From: Candidatus Methanoxibalbensis ujae
GTDB taxonomy: Archaea > Halobacteriota > Syntropharchaeia > Alkanophagales > Methanospirareceae
Assembly (NCBI GenBank): GCA_026134085.1
Contig: JAOQIN010000005.1
Location: forward strand, 9,489-73,488
DNA length: 64,000 nucleotides
Reading direction: 5' to 3'
Of the stretch, positions 30,168 through 40,496 are shown one piece after another (the stretch's first letter is position 1; every line of letters starts with the position of its first letter). The notes beneath the pieces were generated by a model, which ran no database searches, was not told where the DNA came from, and saw nothing but the letters and a program-made list of their open reading frames with translations. The translations under genes and the position numbers were made by a program.

Positions 30168-31241
30168 TCACAAGAAATCACAATTCAGGATTTTATACAA
30201 TGTGTTTCGCTGTGCCACGGGTCTTCCGACAGCACTGCACATTCGCACTATTTCTGATACAGCAGGAGGCTCAAAAGACATGCCAGCGGCTGTCACGACA
30301 TTCTCCTCAAGAACAGTCCCTCCAAAATCATTTGCCCCAAAATACAATGCGAGTGTCGCTATGTCAAAGCCCTGCGTGAGCCAGGATGCCTGAATGTTTC
30401 TGAAGTTGTGGAGCACGATCCTTGAAACAGCGAGCACCCTCAGATATTCAACAGGAGATGCAGCGCTGTGGACTGTGCGCTGGAGTGCTGTGTTTTTGGG
30501 CTGAAATGTCCATGGGATGAATGCTGTGAACCCTCCCGTCCTGTTTTGAAGTTCTCTCAGCCTGAAAAGATGCGTGATTATGTCCTCCTTCGTCTCTATA
30601 TGACCGAACATCATTGTGGCGGATGAAGGTATGCCAATTTTATGCGCGGTTTCCATCACTTTTAACCATTGCTCAGCACTTATTTTCCTCCGACTTATGC
30701 GCATGCGCACCCGCTCGCTCAATATCTCCGCACCTCCGCCTGGAAGGGAGTCAAGACCCGCTGCTTTCAATCGCGAGAGCGCTTCTCTCACGCTTATCCC
30801 CTCTCTGCTCGCAATAAAATATATCTCGGGAGGTGAGAGACAGTGCAGATGAACGCTGAAACGACGCTTTATCTCTCTGAACACTTCCTCAAAATACTCA
30901 ATCCCTATATCAGGATTCAATCCTCCCTGAATCAATATCTGCGTCGCACCGAGAGCAACAGCCTCAGCCACCTTCCTTATTATCTGATCAACACTCAACA
31001 CATACACATCTTCTTCCCTTTTAGCATAAAATGCGCAGAATTCACACATTGAAATACATTTATTCGTGTAATTTATATTCCTATCTATGACAAAAGTTAC
31101 AATATCTCCGCATTTTTGATACCTTATCTCATCTGCAATTTGCCCTAAAATTGGCGTTGGGAGGCTGAAAAGGTGGAGAGCATCTTTAAATTTCATGTCC
31201 TCTCCTTCCAGATTCATCCGCACATATTCCCTCCATGACAT
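30168..31241 (-). CDS. mqnC: CofH/MqnC-family radical SAM enzyme, probably cyclic dehypoxanthine futalosine synthase
   Basis: TFVIDRNINYTNKCISMCEFCAF, QGGLNP, PGGGAEIL, TMMFGH, FIPWTFQP, GANDFG. Confidence 0.75.
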   Translation of the reverse strand: MSWREYVRMNLEGEDMKFKDALHLFSLPTPILGQIADEIRYQKCGDIVTFVIDRNINYTNKCISMCEFCAFYAKREEDVYVLSVDQIIRKVAEAVALGATQILIQGGLNPDIGIEYFEEVFREIKRRFSVHLHCLSPPEIYFIASREGISVREALSRLKAAGLDSLPGGGAEILSERVRMRISRRKISAEQWLKVMETAHKIGIPSSATMMFGHIETKEDIITHLFRLRELQNRTGGFTAFIPWTFQPKNTALQRTVHSAASPVEYLRVLAVSRIVLHNFRNIQASWLTQGFDIATLALYFGANDFGGTVLEENVVTAAGMSFEPPAVSEIVRMCSAVGRPVAQRNTLYKILNCDFL

Positions 31242-31509
31242 GCCGCATCACGCACATTTATTAACGCACAGTTCATAAAAAATTTAAAAACTTTGAGCCG
31301 CACATCATGATGCAAATGCTCAGGCTATGCCTGACTATGCCCATGACGACGGACAGATGAGCAGATGAGATGAAAGATGACGAACTCCTCACGGTGCTGT
31401 TGCGTTAGTGCCGTTGCGCTGAGCTGACAGAGGGGCATCAGGATCCACCACACGCAGTGGCAGGCGCAGCAGCGTCAGCATTATATTAATCAGGCCAAAT
31501 AGAATTTCA

Positions 31510-32112
31510 ATGTCATCCGAAACGCTGGGAGAATATCTACGCTCCATCCGCTTTTATATTGCATTCATGGCTGTGTTTTTCCTGTTTTCTATTGCGGTGG
31601 GATATACGGGCATGTTCAACAGCTTTTTTGAGAATCCCTCGAAATTTCTCAAAAAAATAAGCAGCTTTATAGACATGCCGCATATCTCTCCATGGACTGT
31701 TTTCCTGCTTTTTTTCGCGCTTATTTTCCTGAACAATACGCTCACATGCTTCCTGGCAATTTTCACAGGACCGCTGATAGGCATATTTCCGATTTTCTCG
31801 GTATTTTTGAACGGCGGCCTGATCGGATGGTTCGCGAGGGAGTATGATGAATTTGTGTTCATATTAATACTGCCGCACGGCGTATTTGAGATTCCCGCAT
31901 TTCTGATAAGCACAGCTATCGGATTGAGACTTGCCCGTGAGGTGTTCAAGCCAGCTGACGAGCGTGAGTTGAAGGTTGAGCTGGGGAGAGGGCTGTATGT
32001 GTTCGTGAGGCTTATCGTACCGCTGCTTCTGATCGCAGCCCTCATTGAGAGCTCACACATCGTCATATCGTATTATGTCTCCACCATAATAGGAAATATG
32101 TCCGCATCATAA
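31510..32112 (+). CDS. SpoIIM/DUF95-family membrane protein
   Basis: IFLNN, NGGLIG, ILPHGVFEIPA, AALIES. Confidence 0.88.
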   Translation: MSSETLGEYLRSIRFYIAFMAVFFLFSIAVGYTGMFNSFFENPSKFLKKISSFIDMPHISPWTVFLLFFALIFLNNTLTCFLAIFTGPLIGIFPIFSVFLNGGLIGWFAREYDEFVFILILPHGVFEIPAFLISTAIGLRLAREVFKPADERELKVELGRGLYVFVRLIVPLLLIAALIESSHIVISYYVSTIIGNMSAS

Positions 32113-32765
32113 TGGGTGAAGCGGCTATGAAAGTGCATGAAAATCTGTATTGGTATCGTGAGAAGGGTTTTCTTGATTCAAACACATATGTGATAAGAGG
32201 CGATATAACAATTCTGATAGATCCCGGGCTGAGAAAATATGCACAGATCAAAGCAGAAGAAATGCAAAATGATGGCATTGACACGAAAGGCATAGATATA
32301 ATTGCGGTAACGCACCTCCATCCCGACCATTGTGATGCGATATCATTTTTCAAAGAGCGTGCAGATGCCAAAATTGCGCTTCATACATCGCAGATAGAGC
32401 ATAAACATGTGCTCAGGGACATATCACGAATTCTCCGCATGGAATGCTTTGATTTTCATGAGGACATCGTTTTTGATGCTTTGGGAGAGGTGGGGCTTGA
32501 TGTGCTGCACACGCCCGGACATTCACCGGAAAGCATATGCTTCTTCGTGAAATCATGTTCCGCGCTCATATGCGGTGACCTTTTTTTTCTGAATGGCGTA
32601 GGCAGAACAGACCTCCCATACGGCGATGAATCGGCACTTATCTCATCAATAGAGCGAGTCCGTGCGCTTGATGCCGATATTGTGATGCCGGGTCACGGTG
32701 ATATCATCAGAAACAGGGAGGAAGTGCGCAGAAATTTTGAGATCATAACATCATTTTTCAGATGA
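32112..32765 (+). CDS. Metallo-beta-lactamase fold hydrolase
   Basis: IDPG, THLHPDH, HTPGHS, GD..F..GVGRTD, PGHG. Confidence 0.9.
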   Translation: MGEAAMKVHENLYWYREKGFLDSNTYVIRGDITILIDPGLRKYAQIKAEEMQNDGIDTKGIDIIAVTHLHPDHCDAISFFKERADAKIALHTSQIEHKHVLRDISRILRMECFDFHEDIVFDALGEVGLDVLHTPGHSPESICFFVKSCSALICGDLFFLNGVGRTDLPYGDESALISSIERVRALDADIVMPGHGDIIRNREEVRRNFEIITSFFR

Positions 32766-32843
32766 TTGTGGATTGTGTGTGCACCGTGCGCTGCGAGCTG
32801 GGAGGAAATGAAACTCACAAAAAACAAAACGGAGGGAGATAAA

Positions 32844-33854
32844 ATGCTCACCGTGTATATTGAGAAGTTATTGAGGAATGAAGATTTGAGCGCTGAAGAG
32901 GCGTCTTCGGCCATGCGTGCGATAATGGAAGGTCGCGCAGACGAAATTCAGACGGCAGCGTTCCTGACTGCGTTGAGGATGAAAGGAGAGAAAGAGAGCG
33001 AAATAGCGGCGTTTGCGGATGTGATGCGATCGCTTGCACTGCGAATTCATCCGAATGTTGATAGATGTGTTGATGTCTGTGGCACGGGAGGAGACGCGCT
33101 GAACACTTTCAACATCTCAACAACGGCAGCGTTCGTTGTTGCGTGTTTTGTGCCTGTTGCAAAGCACGGAAATCGCTCAGTCACATCAAAATGCGGCAGC
33201 GCTGATGTGATTGAAGCTCTCGGTGTCAACCTATCAATGCCTCCTGAAAAGATAAAAGAATGCATAGAGCGCGTTGGAATAGGTTTTATGTATGCACCTT
33301 TTCACCATAAAGCAATGAAAAATGTTGCTGATATCCGTAAAAGACTGCGCTTCAGAACAGTGTTCAACATTCTTGGTCCTCTTACAAATCCAGCAGGTGC
33401 AACTCATCAGCTGATAGGGGTTTTTTCACCCGATATGACTGAAAAAATAGCGAAGGTTCTCAGAATTCTCGGATTGAAAAAGGCGCTCGTCGTTCATGGC
33501 GCTCCGGGAATTGATGAGGTCTCAATATGCGGAAAGACAAAAATATCAATGCTCGCTGATGGGAGGGTGGAGACATTTTTCATATCTCCTGAGGATTTTG
33601 AAATGAAAACTGCATCACCAGGAGAAATAGAAGGCGGCACTGTGGAGGAAAATGTGCGCATTTTGAAGAATATACTCAGCAATAATGATGACAGTGCGAG
33701 GAAGAATGTTGTTATATTGAATGCGGCAGCAGCATTATTCGCTGCAGAATCTGCTGAAAGCTTCCAGGAGGGCATTGAAATGGCGAGATATGCCATAGAG
33801 AGCGGTGAGGCGATGCGAAAACTTCATGATTTCATAAATTTCGCCGCATGCTGA
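32844..33854 (+). CDS. trpD: Anthranilate phosphoribosyltransferase
   Basis: DVCGTGGD, FNISTT, KHGNRSVTSKCGSAD, RTVFNILGPLTNP. Confidence 0.96.
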   Translation: MLTVYIEKLLRNEDLSAEEASSAMRAIMEGRADEIQTAAFLTALRMKGEKESEIAAFADVMRSLALRIHPNVDRCVDVCGTGGDALNTFNISTTAAFVVACFVPVAKHGNRSVTSKCGSADVIEALGVNLSMPPEKIKECIERVGIGFMYAPFHHKAMKNVADIRKRLRFRTVFNILGPLTNPAGATHQLIGVFSPDMTEKIAKVLRILGLKKALVVHGAPGIDEVSICGKTKISMLADGRVETFFISPEDFEMKTASPGEIEGGTVEENVRILKNILSNNDDSARKNVVILNAAAALFAAESAESFQEGIEMARYAIESGEAMRKLHDFINFAAC

Positions 33855-33857
33855 GAT

Positions 33858-33901
33858 CACTGCTGTCACCGCTGTCACTGCTGTCACTGCTGTCACTGCT
33901 G
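33858..33901 (+). repeat. Tandem 9-bp repeat (CACTGCTGT)
   Basis: cactgctgt caccgctgt cactgctgt cactgctgt cactgctg. Confidence 0.85.
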
Positions 33902-34013
33902 AGATCAGATGAGCGCTGAGATTGAGTGTGCGGGCTCCTGCCGGTCATGGCTGAAGGGTCATGGCGGATGATTGAGAAAACTAAAGTTTGTGTGAATGCG
34001 AATAAGATTCAGA

Positions 34014-35732
34014 ATGAAGAAGAACCTGAGCGGTGCGGAGATTGTATTGGAAGGGCTCAAGGGAGAGGGAGTTGAAGTTGTCTTTGGCATTCCCGGCGGT
34101 GCGCTGCTTGATTTATACAACATGCTGTACGATGAGGAGGGGATCAGGCACATACTGATGAGGCATGAGCAGTGTGCCGCACATGCAGCCGATGGATATG
34201 CGCGCGCTTCTGCGAAGACTGGAGTGTGTATTGCCACTTCAGGACCCGGGGCGACAAACCTGGTGACAGGTCTTGCGACTGCGCAGATGGATTCATCGCC
34301 TGTTGTCGCGCTCACTGGTCAGGTGCCGACTGCTGCGATAGGATCGGATGCGTTTCAGGAGACCTCAACATTCACGCTTACGATGCCCATAACAAAGCAT
34401 AATTTTCTTGTGAAGCGGACGGAGGACCTGCCAAAAGTGATTCATCAGGCGTTCTACATCGCGAGCACGGGTCGCAAGGGGGTTGTTCTGATAGATCTGC
34501 CCAAGGATGTTCTGGCTGAGAGGGTTGATATTGATACCGATGTTCATGTGAAGCCGCCCGGATACAATCCGAAGACCGAGCCGAATATAATGCAGATAAA
34601 GAAGGCGGTTGATGTGCTCGTCGCATCTTCAGAGCCTGTCATCCTTGCTGGTGGAGGTGTGATAAGCGCAAACGCGTCTGAAGAGGTGCGTGTGTTGGCT
34701 GAAATGCTTCAAGCAGCTGTTGTGACGACGCTCATGGGAAAAGGTGCTATTCCCGAAGATCATCCTCTCTGCCTTGGAATGGGGGGCATGCACGGTCATT
34801 ATCCGGCGAACAAGGCGCTTTCAGAATGCGATGTGCTGCTCGCCGTCGGCACAAGGTTCAGCGACAGGCTGACAGGATGGAAAACAGAGCAATTTGCTCC
34901 CGATGCGAAGATAATCCACATAGACATAGATGCAGCTGAGATAAACAAGAACATTCAGGTTCACATACCGATTGTTGGAGATGCGAAGGCCGCTCTATCA
35001 GCAATCATAAGAAATCTTGAGCGAAGACTTGAAAAATCAGGGGGAACAAGCCCGAGAAATGAGTGGGAGCGCCGTGTGAGGGAGATGCATCGTATATGCG
35101 AGAGCTGCATAAACACAGATGGCGATGATATGTTATCAGCACGCATGATAAAGGAGATAGGGAGGATTCTCAAGGATGATACGATAATCACAACAGAGGT
35201 CGGGCAGTGCCAGATGTTCGCCGCACACTTCTACATGACGAAAAAACCTCGCAATTTCATCTCATCTGGAGGTCTCGGAACAATGGGCTTCGGATTTCCA
35301 GCGGCGATAGGTGCCAAGGTGGCATGTCCTGACAGGGATGTTGTTGACATTGCAGGCGATGGCAGTTTTCTGATGACATGCCAGGACCTCGCAACATGCA
35401 TTGAAAACGACATTCAGGTTGTTGTGTGCATATTTGACAACCGCTATCTCGGAATGGTGCGTCAGTGGCAGGAGCTCTTCTTTGAGCGAAAATATGCGCA
35501 CACGCATCTCGGCGTGACACCTGATTTCGTGAAGCTTGCCGAGTCATTCGGATGCTACGCGGAGAGAGTTGAGCGACCTGAGGACCTGAGAGAAGCTTTC
35601 AAAAACGCATTTGAATCGGGAAAAACTGCAGTTCTTGATCTGATTGTGGGGAAAGAGGACAAAGTGCTCCCCATGATACCGCCCGGTGGGGGACTTACAG
35701 AAATGATCGGTGTCGAGAGATGCAACATATGA
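34014..35732 (+). CDS. ilvB: Acetolactate synthase large subunit
   Basis: FGIPGGA, RHEQ, TSGPGATN, DAFQE, SGGLGTMGFG, GDGSF, GMVRQWQ. Confidence 0.96.
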   Translation: MKKNLSGAEIVLEGLKGEGVEVVFGIPGGALLDLYNMLYDEEGIRHILMRHEQCAAHAADGYARASAKTGVCIATSGPGATNLVTGLATAQMDSSPVVALTGQVPTAAIGSDAFQETSTFTLTMPITKHNFLVKRTEDLPKVIHQAFYIASTGRKGVVLIDLPKDVLAERVDIDTDVHVKPPGYNPKTEPNIMQIKKAVDVLVASSEPVILAGGGVISANASEEVRVLAEMLQAAVVTTLMGKGAIPEDHPLCLGMGGMHGHYPANKALSECDVLLAVGTRFSDRLTGWKTEQFAPDAKIIHIDIDAAEINKNIQVHIPIVGDAKAALSAIIRNLERRLEKSGGTSPRNEWERRVREMHRICESCINTDGDDMLSARMIKEIGRILKDDTIITTEVGQCQMFAAHFYMTKKPRNFISSGGLGTMGFGFPAAIGAKVACPDRDVVDIAGDGSFLMTCQDLATCIENDIQVVVCIFDNRYLGMVRQWQELFFERKYAHTHLGVTPDFVKLAESFGCYAERVERPEDLREAFKNAFESGKTAVLDLIVGKEDKVLPMIPPGGGLTEMIGVERCNI

Positions 35733-36193
35733 TATCACTTCTCGTTGAGGATAATCCGGGAGTGCTCGCAAGAATATCAGGAATGTTCACACGCCGCGCT
35801 ATAAACATCACATCGCTCACTGTTTCGCCGTGCGAGAAACCAAAACTCTCAAGAATGACTGTCGTTATAAACGGCTCGGAAAGGGAACTTGAGCAGGTGA
35901 GAAAGCAGCTCAACAATCTCATTGAGGTTATTCAGGTTCGTGAGCTCAGCAGCGAGGACGCGATCGTCAGAGACCTCTGTCTGTTGAAAGTCTCAGCCAA
36001 AAAAGAGCAGCGCGCTGAAATACTGCAACTCGCTGAATCCTACGGAGCAAGGGTGTTGGATGCCACGCTCAGCACACTCACATTTGAACTCGCAGACGAG
36101 CCTCGGAAAATAGACAGATTTGTGGAAATAATGCGACACTTCGGCATAAAACAACTGCTCCGCAGTGGAATATGCGCAATCGCAAGGGATTAA
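35720..36193 (+). CDS. ilvN: Acetolactate synthase small (regulatory) subunit
   Basis: LVEDNPGVLARISGMFTRRAINITSLTV, QVRKQLNNLIEVI; overlaps ilvB. Confidence 0.93.
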   Translation: MQHMISLLVEDNPGVLARISGMFTRRAINITSLTVSPCEKPKLSRMTVVINGSERELEQVRKQLNNLIEVIQVRELSSEDAIVRDLCLLKVSAKKEQRAEILQLAESYGARVLDATLSTLTFELADEPRKIDRFVEIMRHFGIKQLLRSGICAIARD

Positions 36194-36293
36194 GACGGAT
36201 CTCTCCTCTCTCATCCATCTCACATCCATCTCACTCGCATCCACACTCCGCTTGTTTTTTATTGCCCTTATCCATCATCTGGAGGTGAAACAT

Positions 36294-38894
36294 ATGGTCC
36301 GTCTGAGCAGGGAGCTGCGTGCGGAGATTGAAAGGGCAGCTGCAAATGCAATTGACAGGCGACACAGGTTCATGATAATGCTGTGCACAGCACATCTTGA
36401 CAGCGACACTATAAAACTCGCAAAGAAAATATATGAGGTGTATGAAAAAGTGAAAAAATCTGCAGAGCAGACAGGAAACAACACGGATTCAAATTCAAAT
36501 TTAAATTCAAACTCAAACTCAAACTCAAACAAAAAAAATCCGCTTCTTATAGTGGGGAGATCAAAATTTCTGGATATTGCATCTTCCTATTTTGAAGGCA
36601 AATTCGTGCATTTTGCCGATTCCGAGAAGCTGCTCGGGGAGACATACGCATCGCTAATCCTTGACCTGACCGAGGGATTCCATCCGAACGACCTCGGAAT
36701 AATCATCGAGACAATATCAGAGGGCGGAATAATGATCATGATTGCGCCGCCTGTTGATGCGTGGAAGGAACTGCGCGGGAAATGGCACTATGAGCTCGTG
36801 AGCGCACCTTATTCAATAGATGACATAACACCTCGCTTCTATCAGCGCTTCATCAGGCGGACACTCTCCGCGGAAGGCACGATAATATACAATGTTGACT
36901 CGGAAAAAATTGAGAAGAAATATGAGTTTGAGAGGGATGAGGAGTCAAGGGAGGAAATAAAAATTCCTGAGAACACTGTGATAAAGAGGAAGTTATACAA
37001 GTTGTGTGCGACAAATGATCAGGTGCGATTTCTTCAGATTATTGAGAGATTTTTTGAGCGAAAGAAGTCCAGGAAGTATGTGGTTCTCACTGCTGACAGG
37101 GGTCGTGGTAAGACTGCTGTGCTCGGCATAGTCACTCCTTTTCTGATATCGCGCATGTATTCTGTTCTCAAGAGGCCTGTGCGCATAATAGTTGTTGCTC
37201 CGTCTCCAAATGCTGTGCAGACATATTTTGTTTTCCTTCGCAAGGCTCTCCTCCGTCAGGGTATGCGGAGATTCAGGAGCAAGGAGACCTCTGATGGACT
37301 GACGACCGTGGTGAGCACGAGATTTGCGCGCGTTGAATATGTGATTCCGAGGCGTGCGCTCGTTGAGAAGGATTTTGCGGACATTATAATCGTTGATGAA
37401 GCATCTGCGATTGATGTTCCCGTCCTGAGGGAGATAACAAAAAATGTGACTTATGCAATATTCTCCTCAACAATCCACGGATACGAAGGCGCTGGCAGAG
37501 GGTTCAGCATAAGATTCCTGCGCACCATAGAGAAGGAAGATGTTGAAGTGGAGAAAATGCACATGTATGAGCCCATAAGGTATGGATGTGGAGATCCAAT
37601 AGAGAAATGGCTTTATGATGTGCTTCTTTTGGATGCGAAGCCTGCATATCTGGATGAAGATGATCTTCGCGCAATTTCTGCGCGTGAATACTCATTTGAG
37701 ATCATAGATAAGGACGAAATTCTAAATGATGAGCGCGCTATACGGGAGTTTTTCGGTATTTATGTGCTTGCACACTACCGCAATCGCCCTTCAGATGTTG
37801 CCATTCTTCTTGATATGCCCAATCATATTGCATTTCGCGTGAGTGTGCGAGGAAAAACCGTGTGTTCGCTGCATGTTGCGGTTGAAGGAGGGATAGAGGA
37901 TGATGTGGTGATAAAGCGAATGACGGGGGATTTCAAGCCAAGGGGGCAGATGATTCCGGATCTCATGGTGAAGCACTATCTGCTCACTGAATTTCCGAAG
38001 GTGTGCGGGATAAGAATTGTGAGAATTGCAACGCATCCATCGCTTATGAGGCGGCACATAGGCAGCTTCGCACTTGAAAGTCTGTTGAAATGGGCATCCT
38101 CCCGCTTCAAATGGGTTGGCGCTGGATTCGGTGTATCTCCCGAGCTCCTCAGATTCTGGATGCGGAACGGTTTTGTTCCGGTGCACATAACGCCTCAAAG
38201 AAATGAGATCTCAGGCGAATATTCTGTTGTTGTGTTGAGAGCGCTTGATTCAGATTTCGCAGACATCATTGAGCGCACGAACGCTTGCTTTGTAAGTCGT
38301 CTGACGGAATATCTGTGTGATGAGCTCAGAGATATAGATGTTGACGCCGCCATACTGATGCTTCGCAGCCTCATGAGGGACACAGGTAAAAAATGCGAGT
38401 TCGGTGATGTTGAAAGGGAGCGCATGCAGAAATATTTTGAGGGCATAAGCATCTACGAATACATCGCAGATGTAGCAAGACCTCTCGTGCGTGCCTTTTA
38501 CAGCCGCTCGGACAAGGTGGAATTGAGCGAGATTGAGGAGCGTGTGGTCGTCGCCAAGTGCCTTCAACTGAAAAGATGGTGGGAGATAATTGAATTACAG
38601 CAACCGACAGCACAGCACACATCTTCTCTTTGCCCATCATACAGCGAGGATGAAAAAACGCATGTGAAGGAAAGTGAGGGTGAAAATGAGGGAAATGAGA
38701 GAAATGGGAGTAATAAGAGTAATAAAAACAGGAGAAACAAGAAAAATGAGGGAGAGAGAGAAATTCAAACCGAGGGGAGAGATGAAGGCAGCAGGGTTTA
38801 TGAGACACTCCAAAAAGCACTTCTCGCCATCTGGCAGTGGCATCATCGGGACAACAGTGACGCACGACCTCCTGCAAAAGCGGAGGCAGCATGA
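36294..38894 (+). CDS. tmcA: tRNA/rRNA N4-cytidine acetyltransferase (TmcA/Nat10)
   Basis: LTADRGRGKT, VDEA, SSTIHGYEGAGRGF, EPIRY, AHYRNRPSD, RIVRIATHP; GGAGGTG RBS before ATG 36294. Confidence 0.93.
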   Translation: MVRLSRELRAEIERAAANAIDRRHRFMIMLCTAHLDSDTIKLAKKIYEVYEKVKKSAEQTGNNTDSNSNLNSNSNSNSNKKNPLLIVGRSKFLDIASSYFEGKFVHFADSEKLLGETYASLILDLTEGFHPNDLGIIIETISEGGIMIMIAPPVDAWKELRGKWHYELVSAPYSIDDITPRFYQRFIRRTLSAEGTIIYNVDSEKIEKKYEFERDEESREEIKIPENTVIKRKLYKLCATNDQVRFLQIIERFFERKKSRKYVVLTADRGRGKTAVLGIVTPFLISRMYSVLKRPVRIIVVAPSPNAVQTYFVFLRKALLRQGMRRFRSKETSDGLTTVVSTRFARVEYVIPRRALVEKDFADIIIVDEASAIDVPVLREITKNVTYAIFSSTIHGYEGAGRGFSIRFLRTIEKEDVEVEKMHMYEPIRYGCGDPIEKWLYDVLLLDAKPAYLDEDDLRAISAREYSFEIIDKDEILNDERAIREFFGIYVLAHYRNRPSDVAILLDMPNHIAFRVSVRGKTVCSLHVAVEGGIEDDVVIKRMTGDFKPRGQMIPDLMVKHYLLTEFPKVCGIRIVRIATHPSLMRRHIGSFALESLLKWASSRFKWVGAGFGVSPELLRFWMRNGFVPVHITPQRNEISGEYSVVVLRALDSDFADIIERTNACFVSRLTEYLCDELRDIDVDAAILMLRSLMRDTGKKCEFGDVERERMQKYFEGISIYEYIADVARPLVRAFYSRSDKVELSEIEERVVVAKCLQLKRWWEIIELQQPTAQHTSSLCPSYSEDEKTHVKESEGENEGNERNGSNKSNKNRRNKKNEGEREIQTEGRDEGSRVYETLQKALLAIWQWHHRDNSDARPPAKAEAA

Positions 38895-38916
38895 AAAAAG
38901 TTGAAAAAAGTGAAAA

Positions 38917-39231
38917 ATGAAGCGCCTGAATTTTGACAGCAAATACATGAAGCAGATACTGAGGGGAGAGAAGACAACCACTGTGAGAAAGGGCATACGA
39001 CGGAAATACGACACAGGCGACATCATTGAGTTGATAGCAGATAAGAAACCCTTTGCAATAGCGGAGGTAAAGGCGGTTGAAGTGAAAAGGCTGCGCGACA
39101 TCAGCATTTCAGACGCAATACAGGACGGCTTCTCAAGCAGGGAGGATCTCATCAATGCACTTCGCAGGATATACGGAAAGATGAAAGAGGAAGAATTCGT
39201 CACAATTATACACTTCAAAATACTGCGATAG
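38917..39231 (+). CDS. ASCH-domain protein
   Basis: LNFDSKY..ILRGEKTTTVR, DAIQDGF, LRRIY..VTIIHF. Confidence 0.9.
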   Translation: MKRLNFDSKYMKQILRGEKTTTVRKGIRRKYDTGDIIELIADKKPFAIAEVKAVEVKRLRDISISDAIQDGFSSREDLINALRRIYGKMKEEEFVTIIHFKILR

Positions 39232-39343
39232 TCACGATACTGCGATAGTCACGGAGAACTGATTGAGAACTGATCGGTTCTGTGACTGACGTTATGATTA
39301 TTTATGATTATGGGACAGAGAGATATAACAAAAGAGATGGGTT

Positions 39344-40396
39344 ATGAGCAGAGGAGGCAGGGGCATTCTTGTGATGGTCGTCGCATGTGTTGTGCTTGCA
39401 TTTCTCGCGTTTTTTTGTTTTTTTTCACAGGAGTCTCATGTGCGGCAGCATGGAATCAAGGTCTTCCATGCAGGCAGCCTCTCAGTCCCTTTCAGCAAAA
39501 TAGAGGAGGAATTTGAGGCTTCTTTCCCTGTGGATGTTCAGCGTGAGAGCATGGGAAGTGTTCAGGCTGTCCGCCAAGTGACAGATGTCGGCAGGAGAGC
39601 GGATGTCCTCGCTGTCGCAGACTACTCGCTCATTCCCCAAATGATGTTCCCCGAGCATGCAGATTTTGTCGTAAAATTCGCAAGAAACGAGCTCGTTCTC
39701 GCTTACACGGAAAAAAGCAGGCACTCTTCAGAGATAAATGAGAGCAACTGGCATGAGATTTTGAGGCTTCCAGATGTAACTTTCGGATTTTCAAATCCCA
39801 ATCTTGACCCCTGCGGATACAGAGCGTTGATGGTGATGCAACTCGCGGAGATATACCACAACGACCCTTCAATATTTGAAGATTTAGTCTGCGAGAACAC
39901 CGCAATTACAGTGAACGAATCTGAAAACGGATTTCTTGTTGAAGTGCCTGCTGAATTGAAGCCGAAAACGAGCAAAGTGGCGGTGAGGGACAAATCTGTC
40001 GCACTCGTTGCGATGCTTGAGCAGGGCGGAATTGACTACGCTTTTGAATACAAGAGTGTTGCGGTTCAACACAACCTGAAATTTGTTGATTTGCCACCTC
40101 AAATAGACCTGAGCGATGTGAAATATTCAGATTTCTACGGTAAAGTGAGCGTTAAAACCGCAGATGGAGATGTAAAAAGAGGAAAACCCATCGTTTATGG
40201 CATTACTATACCGAAGAATGCACAGAATCCATCACTTGCACGCTCATTCGTTGCGTTTGTCCTGTCCGAAGAAGGGCGAAAAACGCTTGAAGAATGCGGT
40301 CAAGAGCCGATTGTGCCTGCTGTCGGCGAGGGGAATGTCTCGGCGTTGAGTTCGTTGAGACACTTGTTGCCCGTCGTGATGAATGAGTCGGGATGA
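39344..40396 (+). CDS. wtpA: Tungstate/molybdate ABC transporter substrate-binding protein
   Basis: FHAGSL, GSVQAVRQ, ADY, FARNE, SNPNLDPCGYR, DYAFEYKSVA. Confidence 0.9.
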   Translation: MSRGGRGILVMVVACVVLAFLAFFCFFSQESHVRQHGIKVFHAGSLSVPFSKIEEEFEASFPVDVQRESMGSVQAVRQVTDVGRRADVLAVADYSLIPQMMFPEHADFVVKFARNELVLAYTEKSRHSSEINESNWHEILRLPDVTFGFSNPNLDPCGYRALMVMQLAEIYHNDPSIFEDLVCENTAITVNESENGFLVEVPAELKPKTSKVAVRDKSVALVAMLEQGGIDYAFEYKSVAVQHNLKFVDLPPQIDLSDVKYSDFYGKVSVKTADGDVKRGKPIVYGITIPKNAQNPSLARSFVAFVLSEEGRKTLEECGQEPIVPAVGEGNVSALSSLRHLLPVVMNESG

Positions 40397-40496
40397 GTGA
40401 GATGAGTGAGATGAGTGAGAAATGGGGAGTGCCGAGTGAGGAGTGCTGAGTAGGAGTGTTGGGTAGGAATGTTGAGTTGGGGATGAGGAGGTAAGC

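Noticed and set aside
31305..31380. Possible C/D box sRNA (ATGATG..CTGA..ATGACGA)
   Set aside because: No clear terminal D box, and the region is built from short GATGA repeats
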